In this document: positions 26,534-38,162 of the stretch, piece by piece | Numbering within the stretch: the stretch's first letter is position 1 | Layout: each line of letters starts with the position of its first letter | Assembly (NCBI RefSeq): GCF_002571385.2 | Contig: NW_019217877.1 | Span: forward strand, 568,150 to 632,149 | Direction: 5' to 3' | Source of the DNA: Stylophora pistillata | Taxonomy: Eukaryota | Length of the DNA stretch: 64,000 bases | Position numbers and translations under genes: made by a program | The notes under the pieces: generated by a model | What the model saw: the letters and a program-made list of their open reading frames with translations, nothing else | What the model was told of the DNA's origin: nothing | Databases searched by the model: none

Positions 26534-29500
26534 TTATTTCGCAGGTTTCACGAAAGTATTCCCCGACGGAGCGCTGAAATCACGAGGGACGGAGACTGGT
26601 GTCGAGGTGCCAAAAGAAGAACTATCGGGGTGGGGCATAGGAATACTTGACTTCTTGATATTAATAAATTTCGTGTCCATAACTTGACAGTCGATTTGCA
26701 TCATGGTGACTAAGTCAGTTTTCCTGGCGTTATTACGCTGCCACTCCGTTCCTTGAATTAAAAGCAAAGCAGAGACAACGTTCAGACCGTCTTCAAACAA
26801 GGTAGTCGTAATTTCAAATGCAACAGAGATTCGATAGCGAGACCTACAATTCTGGAAGGGTGACACTGCTCTGGGTGTGTGAAAGGAAGTTGCCTCTCAG
26901 TAGGATTCCTTCCCAAGCCGACGTGTACCCTACCCCCCTCCCCCCCCCCCGACGAGAAACGGTGCCCTCCCTTCCGTTTCTCCTCGGGAGGAGGATATGG
27001 CTACACGAAGGCTATCCCTTCCTTCCCCTCTATACCTCGCCCTACAGACTATTCTGTAAAAGGAACGGGATTCAGTGATGGCATTGCTTAAAGCCTGAGC
27101 TAATCCGAGAGCACAGCGGGGCAGGGGTAGGAGTAGATGAGCACGTTGGGTGTGCAGCCAAAAATATGACATAAAGACGATTCCAACTTACTGTTAGGTG
27201 GCGCCATAATCATGAATGACATCTTAGGCCTTTGTGTTGCGTTGTACTCGGTGGCAGGAAATACCAAATGATCCTGAGAGAAAAAAAAATCAATAAAAGA
27301 GTCTCTCGCTGGCGCAGTCGCAATTATCCGAAGATAAAGCAAACGTATCCTCGCAGTAGATAGCGCTATTTATGCAATAGCGAAAATCAGACCTGAAAAA
27401 AATTTGGCCTGTACGGGATTCGAGCCACTGACCTCTGCGATACTAGTGCAGCGCTCTACCAATTGAGCTAACAAGCCAACTGGGAGCAGGCCGTTAAGTT
27501 GATTCGTAATAAACCCGTGAAAGTGATAAATGAGATACTATGAATATATGAAGTTCATATATTTTGAACTGCGGTATTAGATACGTATGGTGCACGATCC
27601 TCCCAGTAGATAGCGATATTTATGCAATAGCAATAGCGCTATCTACTGCGAGGATCGTGCACCATACGTATCTAATACCGCAGTTCGAAATATATGAACT
27701 TCATATATTCATAGTATCTCATAAAGCAAACGATTAAAATTCTTAAATGGAGAAATAGACCTTACGGAGAAAGGATAAGAGCACTCACCCCTCGAAAAGA
27801 AACTATGTACAAAGTATCTGATTTCTTGTTAATTTCCTCCTCAAACGTTTTGAATCTGAAACGGCAGAAAAATATTTCAGTTTTCCCAAAAAAAAAAATA
27901 ATAATAAAGTACACAAAAAATGAAGACTTTGATTCTTGACCCTAAAGAAAAGCCTGAACTTACTTATCGGCTCTTTGGAATAGCTGCACTGCATGTGTTG
28001 AAGCAGTATTATGTTTCCGCAAAAACTTGTGCCTGGAGCAGAAACAAAACATCAAGTTAGCGCTCCATCGCCAAATACGTCGCGAAATAATCATCAATCA
28101 ATGTGTACATTGTCTGCAAACAGAACCAAATTCTCAGAAATATCCGAAAAAGGCTGAAATTTATGGTCACCACAGTAAATTTTCAAGATCTGACAGTGAA
28201 TTAGAACCCAATGGGTCATACACTTCTGCCATTTGGATAGTGTCAATTCCCATTACTTTTTGCAGAAATGTAAGGAATGAACCAGTCCTAACTCCTATTT
28301 TCATCCAGAACGAAGATTGGACATGTGCCAATCGTCTCACTTAAAATACAATGAATACTACGCACTACAGGCCATAAGTATGCACACGCGCATGAAGGCA
28401 ATATTGGAGAAAAGGAAGGCCTCCACAGGATCTAAATCACAGCCCCTTTATCAAAAAACGTGTACTCAAAATAATGAAACATTTTGGTATGCCGTACCCT
28501 GCGCACTTTCCTAGGAAGACCGTAGGGACCTCTGCTTTCAGGGTAGGTACACCTGTATGCCTCAAGCACTAGTGAAGGAACCCCTCTACTGAAATTCCCT
28601 TGTTACAACTTTGCAGACTTATTGTAACTAACCTGCTTATTTTTCGCTTGGCCTCTGTTGTGCAGTTTGATGTCAGTCTCAAGGCAAGCTCTTTGATGGC
28701 AGATTGCATCTAAAATGAAACATAGAGCACACAATTAAATTAACGTTCTCCTTGGTAAGTCTTTTGGAAGCACAGGTCTGAGTGACTTATAGACAGTACA
28801 GGTCACAGGAATGGCAACATTACACGCGTGTTTCATGCGTGTAAATCTGCCATATTGCGCGGAAATTACACGCAAATTAGGCGCGCGTGACGCACGAGTA
28901 AAAAAAAAATACACGAAAATGCATGCAAAAAATTACACGTACCAACCTAGAGAGACATAACAAGAAATAAGAGAGCAAGTTGAGTTAATACTGACAAGAA
29001 TGCTTTTGATTTACAAGTTAGAGCGAGAAGACAAATGCTCATTTTTTAAAAGTTCTGCAACAGCACTTTAAAATATTACCTTAGTCTGCCGACGCCTTTG
29101 TTTTTTCTGTTTTAAGATCTGCTGATTTTCATATCTCCTTACCCAACCTACAAGAGCCTCGTTTATCCTAAGAGAAAAACAAAATGTAGTATTGCGAAGA
29201 AACATGTCAAATAGGTCCTCATGTGCAGTTCTGTCAATTCCAACAACTGATTACTCCTACAGCTTTGTTGGCTCTGCATCTCATACAACAAGATCGAGGT
29301 CGAGCGAAAGAACCTGCACCTTGAGTGACCCGGTATGGGTACAGCCAATCCCAACGTTCATTCTCACTCCAGTATTGGCAAGGTCGCGTATTGCAAGAGA
29401 AAAACAATTTGAATATACCAGAACAATGCAATATTACTGTATAGTTTTGGTCTGAACTGAGAACGAAAAGGGCAACAGGGAAGAACAGGTATTACATCAA

Positions 29501-32500
29501 GAGAGCTGAGTGAGGAATTTTGTGCCCAAATGATGCTCTTCTCCCTCAAGACATTCCCTTCCCTCGACACTCCTTTCTCCTGACCAAAAATTTTGAAACT
29601 TTGCACACACTGAAAAGTAAGCATTTACAGAGGAAATACCATTAAATTTACGAACCTGTTCACTTCAGTCTTGTTTAAATTACTTGGGCAGTAAAATTGA
29701 TCATCATCCAATGTTGCATTATGTTGTTTCTCAGCAATCTTTCTCCTTAACTTAGGATTCCTTTCGTTTCGTTTTGTATTCCTTCTCTTCTGCCTCGAAT
29801 CACCAAGGAAGTCCCACTTGTTCCTAATCACCATTAAGTCCTTTCTCTCTACATTTCTACTCTTGAGCAGTGAAGACTTCTTGTGAGAAGTGTTGAGCAT
29901 GCTAGGGTGAGCCTTGGCAAATGGTTTTCTTTCACGACGTTGATTGAAAGGGCTAAACGCTATTGGTTTATCAATGTCACTCACATCCCCATCTCCTTGG
30001 TAATTAAGAAGGGCTCTTCCATGACGGACAACTGAGCCTGGTAGCAGATCTGCTTTGTTAAATTTCCACTGTTCCTTAAGGTTGCTGTCAGTGTCATAGA
30101 ACAAAGTTTGGAAGTGAGGAATTCATAGGCTGTGCTTGCAACTTGATATGGGAGGGATTTAATTCAGTTTAACCCAGTCGTTCCCAAGATCATTTTGAAC
30201 AATTCTCCCTACTGTCTGTCATACAATCCTTATGCTGCTAGTTCGGAGAAATTGGTATTGGATCAACCAACTAACAATCCCTTAACGTATACTTTTGTTT
30301 TTTCTCGTTACTTGTCTGCTTGATACAGCATTGATATGTAAGGAGAAATTCTCTCTGAGAGGATGTAAGTTGCATCAGAATGTTATGGTGTTGCATCATA
30401 AAAACACCAAGGCCTTAACCAAAACAATTATAGTAAAACAATAAAAACACTAATGTGGCCTTGAATTACTGTAAACTATTGTAAAAAAATATTGTAAAAT
30501 ATTATAAAATATTGTAGAAGTCAGAGCTTTCGCTGCTCAATGGCATCATCAGGGATAAATAAGATAAAATATTCCACGACGACTGAAAAAAAGGGAGAAA
30601 AGTGTCACTATACTAATGTGCTAGTGTCACTGTGAGGGGATCCAGTGTGATATATTGGAAGGTGTTAGAAAAATAGGTCTGCGAATTCAATGCATTCTTC
30701 TTGGGAGTTAAGTGCAGTTTGTTTTTCCCTTTTCCTACATATTAAGGAATATTTTATCTTATCTGTCCCTGATGATGCCGTTGAGCAGCAAAAGCTCAGA
30801 CTTCTACAATATTTTATAATATTTTACAATATTTTACAATATTTTACAATATTTTGCAATAGTTTACAGAAACCTCGGACTTTTACAAAATTTTTATAAT
30901 ATTTTACAAGATTTTACAATAGTTTACAGTAATTCAAGGTCATAATTAGTGTTTTTATTGTTTTACCCAAAAATGTTACTGAAAGAGAACATTCAAAGAT
31001 TGATGAAACAATAGTCAATTCTGATCACCAACACACTGAAAAATGTATTGATATTAAAGGGCAAAATCACATATCTACTGCCTCTGGAACACACGTGTTC
31101 AAAGGAAAAGTCATTGAGTACCCCTAGAGGTGTTAAAAAGTCAAAAGCAATCAATTATACATACTGATAAATAAAGAGAAAAGTAAGTGAAATGTTATCA
31201 CTTATCACTAAGTACTTACCTGAAAGGACCAACGTTTAGAGCAACAAACAGAACAACAGCTAAAACACACGTGGATTTCTTAATGGTGCTGGTCAACTCT
31301 GGGTGTTTGCTACGCAACAGTGCATTCTTTTTAAGAAACACAAATTGAAACAATACATTAAAAAGTGACACATTCAGGGCTCAACACTAAGAGTAGCCAA
31401 CTTAAGCCACAGACTAGTAGAAATTCAGGTTTGGCTAGTGGTTTTCAATTTCCACTGGCCAGTTTGGCTAGCAAACAAACTGAAATTGTCATAACATCTA
31501 AGATGTCACTAGTAAGTTGAAAAGTTAGTATCAAGCCCTGACATTCACAATTTTTTTTGATGCACTGTATAGTGTCAGCTATGGAGGTACCACTGTGTAG
31601 CCATAACAAATATTGCTCTCTTTTTCTCATGAATGTATAAATGAACATGTATACATGACTAGCATATAATTTACTATAACAGTACTGTACCATTCTGTAC
31701 AAGTTTTAATGCTTCATGTCCCAGATGTGATGTGCATGTAAGGAAGATATGTTAACCACCAGGTAGTGAACTGTTTAAAAATGTTCTAACCTCTACTTCC
31801 AGTTCATTGACTCTTCTTTTTAAGCCTTCATTTTGTGCTCGTAATGATTCATTTATGTTTGAGATCTCCTTTACTTTACTTTCAAGGCTTTGCAGGTACT
31901 ATGAAGAGAACAGCATGAACATGTCACAAGTTAGTACATGTCACATGGCAAAAATGATCAAGTGTGTCCAATGGTTTTTTCATATGTCACCTAGCTTACA
32001 ACATGACACATCGTTTACTATTCATCATCAATCTTTCTACTTTGTTTTGAAAAATAGCTTTTGATGGCATCCACAGACGACACAGGCATGACATATTTAA
32101 TAATATATGGAAAAGCTCAACAATAAACAATTTTGCCTTCTTCAGCTGTTCAGTGATTCACAGGCTCAGTTTGTTATGAGTAAAAAAAAAGAAATCTCTT
32201 CATTCATTTGATGCCTATCATTTCATCAAATAATGACTCAGCATAGCTCTGAATCTTCTCACCTCTTTCTTCTTCTTTCTGGATAAGCATGCAGATTCTC
32301 TGTTTTTTATCATTCTCTGTTGCCTTTTCAAAATTTTTGCCTACAAAAGGAAAATGCATCAATTGGATTAAAACCTTACACAGCACTGAATGGTACAGGA
32401 TGCAAATACACAAGTTTCGAGTGTGCACACTATGCAATCTCAGAGCAAATGTACATGGAGTAACAAAACTGTACAGGGTACCTTTTAATTAATAATTAAA

Positions 32501-35500
32501 CAAATTATGCAAAAGAAGATATTTCTCTCTGATTTTGCACTACACAGTCAGGCAAAGGGCTTGAAAACTAAGCAGACTTCAGACTTGACATCATGATGAT
32601 AACTGCAATATCAGCTGCAGATAATGGGTTATCATGTCAACTTCACATGCTATCGTTGAATTACCTGAACTGATCAGGTTTTTTATTCAAAGTCTGATGT
32701 ATAACATTGTGCCAATTACCACATTTGATGTGTGTATTCCATAAAACTGGTCAAATTATCAAATGAATGCATAACATAGAATAATATGCTGTATCAGAGT
32801 TGACAGAAAAAGTACTTACATCTGTTTCTGGAGAGGTGGTACTTGACTTTGTAATGCCAACATTCACTGGTTTGGTTAATGCAGAATTAACATTCTTCTA
32901 AAGAGGAGTGAAAAAAATGAAAAGACAAACAAATATTGAACACACATTACATCATACATTCAGACTTACCATCTTTCTTATTCTATTAACAAAAATTAAT
33001 ATGATGCTGTTGAAATTGCTGACCCTAGCAGTATGCACGATGCGTGTTATATTTGAACTTTGCAAATGGGCCTTGCTCACCATGGAGTCTCTGTGACTCT
33101 GTGCTACAATGGTGGCTCTAAGAACATAATCCAAAGGTCTGAGGTTCGATCCCTCATGGAGCTCAGAATTTTTTCTTTATTCCTTGCTCGTGACAAGATG
33201 AAAAACATCTTTCTCTGTTTCTTCACTGAGCTCAAAACTTACCATCTTTCTTATTTTATTTACAAAGCATTGAACACACATGTACATGTATGTGTTAATT
33301 GCACATAAACCTGAACTGCTGCAAAGGCAGTAACTGTTGTTTTTAAAGTTGTTTTTTTAACTCCAGAAATTGAAAATAAAAAGTAAACATCTCATCACTA
33401 AACTGGACAAAATTTGAGACATTGAAAAAAATAAATAACAAAGTTAAAACATTGTACTTACCCCAACTACAACTGAAACTACACCATTGCTCGGTAGTGA
33501 ACCAGTACAAGGAATATATACTGGAATACCTACGAAAAATGAAGGTTACATCATTTTATGTCAAGATACTTCAAGAAAAATGATGTGAAATTACTGGAAT
33601 CAGGGCTTTCAATAAGAATAAATTAAAGTAGTGGAGAAATAAGAAAAAGTACATGTATAAGTAGATGGCCAAGTTATCGTGATGTCATGTTGTTGTATTC
33701 AGTTCAAATTACTACCAGGTACATGCAAAATTTTGAACATGGAATTGATTCACACATTTAAACCTGTAACTCAGTTAAAAAATGCATCCAATTCCATCCA
33801 AGACATAAAAATGGCTGTGACACAGATGTCTTCCAATTGTTGTTAGTATGAATTGTAAGACTTTTCATTATCAATTATCAATCATTATCATCATGGTAAA
33901 ATGAGGTGAAAGTAAAGGGCTAAAAAAAGGCAGACTGGCTAGCAGTGTTGGCCTGTTACGGGCCCTTCTTAACAACTTTGTCACTGAAGTGAGAAAACTT
34001 CTATAAAATTGAGTTTGTAGCCACACATAACTCTAAAATATACCTCCAGCAGGTTTAGTTGTAGCATGTCCAATCTGTGCGTTCTGGATACCGACAGGTA
34101 CAGCCGTGACCACTGGCATGGGCTGGATGGATTTGACGCCACATGACTGCATGGGTATTTTCTCCTGTTTGACATTGCATGCAAGTGGTGCGAGAGTTGC
34201 TTCCGTCTTAATGCAAGAAGGACTAGCAGGGAGTAAGCTTGTCTGCGATAAATCAAACTCTGCATTTGGCTGATGCACTGGTGAACTCTCCCCATTAATT
34301 AAAAACTGAAAGAACAAATGCAGATACTTTATGTCAGCCAATAACTATACAATAAGCTTGTAAATAAATCATTCATGATTTATTTACAAAGCCTATGAGA
34401 ATAGGCTTTCTGTTTTTTAACAAATAGATTACATGTTGCCAGTTGTCTGTTCAGTAAATTCTAGATCACAGATGATATCAAAACTTGATAAGAACAAAAA
34501 AAGGGGAAAAGGATGCATGCAAGTGTGTTACTGATGTTTTCACTGTCTTCTGTGATCTATTATTTTCACAGACCCTTGACACCACGAGTCCATTTTTTTT
34601 AGACAAATATTATGTTCTTAATGATTAAAAAGTAAGCTGTTGTTGATGGCAACATCACCTATTCACATGCACAAAAATAGCTCATAAGTAACAACCGCTC
34701 AAAACGCATGTAGTCTTCAATTTATCTTAAAGTCTCTATTCACCCTCAGAGGTTTCTATATATTTTGATTCCTTGCGTTATCAGGATTAATCTCCAAACA
34801 AAAATTCTTGTGATTGATTAAATATTTCCCTAGATATGCTGCCTCAAAGTTACTCTTTTGGCTATGCCCTTTTTTGACTTGGCCGGGAGAGAATTACCGG
34901 GCCGAGTGACATCACAGCAAGAACGAATGTTAACTTCTTGTATAAGAACATGTGTCCATTGCTGCAAAATGGTGTGAAAATGCCAACTCGTTGCGTGGTC
35001 GCTGGTTGCTCAAATACACCAGATTCGTCCAAAGGCATATTCAAGTGAATGTAGGCACATCGATCGAAAGACATTCTTGCTGTGACGTCATGAGGGACTT
35101 TTAGTTACCAGTATTGACTTGGCCTGGCCAAATCAAAAGGGCGTGGCCAAAGGATGAACTTTGAAGCAGCATATCTTGGGAAATATTTAATCGATCAAAA
35201 AAAATTTTGGAAGATTAATCCTGATAAGGCAAAGAATCAAAATATATAGAAACCTCTGAGGCTGAATAGGGACCTTAAAAACTATGGCATGATAGTGGTT
35301 AATACATTATTAAAGCTACATGAACCACTGCAATACACAATTATAATTATTATAAGTATTCATTTCTCCTTCTTTCAAAATATTCACAGCTGTTAGACTG
35401 AATTTAAAGCAACTCCTATCTTTCCACTGTTCATAGAACAATGAGCTGCACAGCACTACAGGGTAAAAACAGCCTCTAGCTATACTGATACAGTGGCCGA

Positions 35501-37239
35501 GGAAGACAAAAATAAAGAAAAGAAGTTATTTCCGTTCATGAAATTGTTTGCTTCAGTTTGACTTTTGCATAGAAATACAACAGTCTAACACTTTTTGAAT
35601 TGAATCAATCACCTACTTCTTAATTTGCATCAACCAGAGGAAATCATCATAGACAATCGACAACAAAAAATACAACTAACTGCACTGTGAATACATGATT
35701 CATCTCGAATAACAGAAGGAATTTTGCACAAACTATGTATATGTACTTATTTGATATTTTGGTTTAATTTATACATGTAGCTGATGAATTTTTTTTAATA
35801 CCTGATTTTCTGGTGAACTTGGAAGAGACACGCAAGACGAGTTTGAGGAGGAAGGAGACAGGGGTTCTTCTTTAATGCAAACACCTGTTGAATGACAGAA
35901 ATGACCATTAAAAAGACGCTGTTTAAATGGAGCAAAAATAATGGGTGAATGGGGCTGAACAAATAAGAGAAAAAATCCCACTACGAAGAACAGAGTACTA
36001 GTTGAGAGGGAAACTAGAACTTGATACTCACCAGATGGAAAATCGAAATCTTCAATAATCGAAGAGGAAGAAGAATCGCCCAAACTTGATAGAAATTCAC
36101 TCAGGTGATCTCCTTTGCCCTTCAAAGAAATAAACAACAAAACATGCTTCATTAAAATTTTAAGAAATATCGCACCCACACATTAATCTAACGCTACAAA
36201 ATACATTTAACTAAATTTTTTAAACAATTTTTACTTGTGAATAAATTTACACGGATTTTCTTTCGATTTATTAGGCCCCAAAAACTCAGCCGAGTTAGCA
36301 TCAATTAAAATACTTCAGAAAGATGACCGTCGTCTAGGAGTTGTATTTTAACGGCAAAATGACAATGAGCTTTGTCTTTGAATCTGTGATCCAACACATG
36401 GTATCTAGATGTCAGATAATGCCATGAAGAAGTGGTTTACAACAAAGAAAGTTGTGGAAAGAAACCAAAATGTCCTACATGAGATGTAGCTATTAATAAA
36501 AGTGTCAGTTACATGCGATATTCATGAAGAGTTTTAAACAGCTGGCTTCATTTGTTCGCATAAAAATTGAAATTGTTTTGAATCTTCTTGGCAAATATTG
36601 CAAAGTCTTCTTAGAATATAAAAAGAACGACATCGCTCTAATATTTGCATCGCTACCGATGCACAAATTGAAAGATATCGAGATTGTTCCATTCGACTTC
36701 CTTTAGTATTTCTTGCGGAAGTTGTACGATGCGACGCGATCTCAAGTTTCAGAGACCTCAAAACAAACAGCTTCTCACGAAATCTCTAAACACAAAGCGG
36801 CTGAATTATATAGTATTCGTCTTTAACAAGCAAAGAAAAAGTTTTTTAAGGCTCGAAAGAAAAAGGAATGCACGAAACGCGGGTTTCAACCCAAGCCGAT
36901 TCATGCACGAGTGACTCACGCAACTGCAGTGGTTAGCAACAGAGATAAAATAAGGGTGAATTTTCGTAGAATTTATTCCCTTACCTCTAAATCCATATCA
37001 TCATCTTCACCCCCACCAAATAAGTCATCTGGGTTAAATTTCACATCTGTGATAGAGTCTCCTAAAAAAGAGCAAATCATCACCCCGTTAAAATACGAGC
37101 GAAGCAGAGATAGTTCCCGACAATAAGCTTTCAGAAATCTTGCAACAAGCTCACCCCAATCTTCAACTCCTAGTAGATTGTCGGCAAAAAATTTCGTGTC
37201 CGGCTCCGACCAGGCTAAAAGTTCTGTCTGAGACATCAT
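26534..37239 (-). CDS. ATF6: ATF6 family ER-membrane bZIP transcription factor, ~687 aa, 17 exons
   Basis: Exons 5'->3': 37239-37155, 37061-36985, 36119-36032, 35884-35802, 34305-34044, 33529-33462, 32897-32820, 32340-32263, 31898-31791, 31326-31220, 30084-29656, 29167-29080, 28709-28633, 28032-27964, 27855-27789, 27273-27192, 26751-26534. N-terminal FFADNLLGVEDWG, bZIP KRQQRMIKNRESACLSRKKKKEY, TM with NxxP (VALNVGPF), S1P-type site RALL, luminal DTLYIVSFRGDHLVFPA, RPKMS, MMQIDCQVMDT. Confidence 0.95.
27346..27720. mobile_element. Non-autonomous element: 250-bp monomer with internal tRNA-like unit, terminal redundancy and inverted tail (copy A)
   Basis: Redundancy 27347-27381 = 27597-27631; 27632-27722 is the reverse complement of 27530-27620; 12-bp TSD ATAAAGCAAACG (27334-27345 and 27721-27732). 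Confidence 0.85.
27405..27477 (-). pseudogene. tRNA-like cloverleaf (AGT at the anticodon position, Thr-like) inside a repeat; not called as a functional tRNA
   Basis: GGCTTGT/ACAGGCC acceptor stem, GCTC/GAGC D stem, loop CTAGTAT, mispaired T stem AGTGG/CCCGT, T7 run just downstream. Confidence 0.7.
30433..30966. mobile_element. Fold-back element with a hammerhead-like core in each arm and 10-bp ACAATATTTT repeats
   Basis: Arms ~30433-30575 and ~30746-30966 are reverse complements; CTGATGA...GAAAGCTC on minus (30520-30556) and a GAAA->AAAA variant on plus (30765-30801). Confidence 0.7.
31375..31540. mobile_element. MITE with CAGGGCT TIRs and 5-bp TSD (ACATT), copy 2, opposite orientation to copy 1
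   Basis: ACATT at 31370-31374 and 31541-31545; internal homology to 12244-12432. Confidence 0.8.
32948..33268 (+). mobile_element. Non-autonomous element: ~273-bp monomer, 30-bp terminal redundancy, degenerate internal tRNA-like unit
   Basis: ACTTACCATCTTTCTTATT.TATT.ACAAA at 32964 and 33237; B box GGTTCGATCCC followed by a T-run; 13-bp TSD ATTGAACACACAT (32935-32947 and 33269-33281). Confidence 0.75.
34731..35274. mobile_element. MITE with ~160-bp TIRs and TTAA TSD (Kolobok-like termini)
   Basis: TTAA|AGTCTCTATTCACCCTCAGAGGTTTCTATATATTTTGATTC at the left end and GAATCAAAATATATAGAAACCTCTGAGGCTGAATAGGGACC|TTAA at the right end. Confidence 0.8.
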
Positions 37240-37582
37240 CTTTTACAGTATATAAAACCCCAACACCAAACTAAAGTACAATACAAAACCCGAGATGTAA
37301 AACAAAAATTCGTTCAAACCAGCGAAGACTGATTCATCACTTATGAAATACCAGTTTCTCGTACCCAGATTTCCCTCGGACACCAAAATGTGACGCGTGA
37401 AGAGTTCTGGGATCGAATACGTTGCGTAACTCACCGCATTTCCTGGACTCGTCTAGGCAGCATAACAGTCTAGCGACCCTCTCGAACTCCTTTCTTACTT
37501 TTTTAAGCAGTAGAGGGGAAAATTTTTTTTCCACTTTGTTAACAACTCCTTAAGCTTCAAAAACAGCGGAATGAGCAGGAGA

Positions 37583-38162
37583 ATGGCCTGTTTTCACTGT
37601 CACATCAGAACCATTCATCAGAACCATTCAACAGAGTCAAGAATCAAAGAGATGAAAGGAGATGTGAATATTCAAACAGTCTCGTAGAGATTCAGGCCTG
37701 TGTGTTGTTTCTTGATGGAGATATCCGAAGAAATGTTTAAAAAAGCTAAAAGACGCCATGTCTGTGTTATCCCAAGGGGCACAAATATGTCGGCCGGAAG
37801 CTAGCAAAAACATCTGTCATCGAGGTTTGCTGTGAAAAAGCCTGTAGTTGTCATCTGAAGGCTCAAATACATCTATACCAGAACTTATTCTCACACAAGA
37901 ATTGTTCAGATTGCGAAATCTCATCGGATGAAAGACTTTTTTTTACCTACGTTACAGCACTCTCGACCGCCATTTTGATATCGTGTCACGGAAAGCTTTG
38001 AAATTCAACCTTGCTTTATTACGACAAGAAAAACCTATCAAACTGAAAATTTGTAAAAAGATAAGCCTTAAGCAATGCTATTAACTAATTAAACTAAAAT
38101 CAAAAAAGGATTGAAAATTCCTTATTTCTTACCTTTGATGAGGTCACGAGAAAACCAACAAT
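37583..38162. mobile_element. Probable degenerate MITE upstream of ATF6
   Basis: Imperfect inverted termini ATGGCCTGTTTTCACTGTCACATC and GATGAGGTCACGAGAAAACCAACAAT. Confidence 0.4.

Noticed and set aside
27405-27477. Functional tRNA-Thr(AGT) gene (also 55485-55556)
   Set aside because: The T stem has two mismatches in both copies, the anticodon stem has a mismatch, and both lie inside TSD-flanked repeats.
29192-29624. ORFs within the ATF6 intron as alternative exons
   Set aside because: The flanking exons already join in phase and restore the conserved NKTEVNRINEALVGWV motif; the ORFs show no homology I can recognise.
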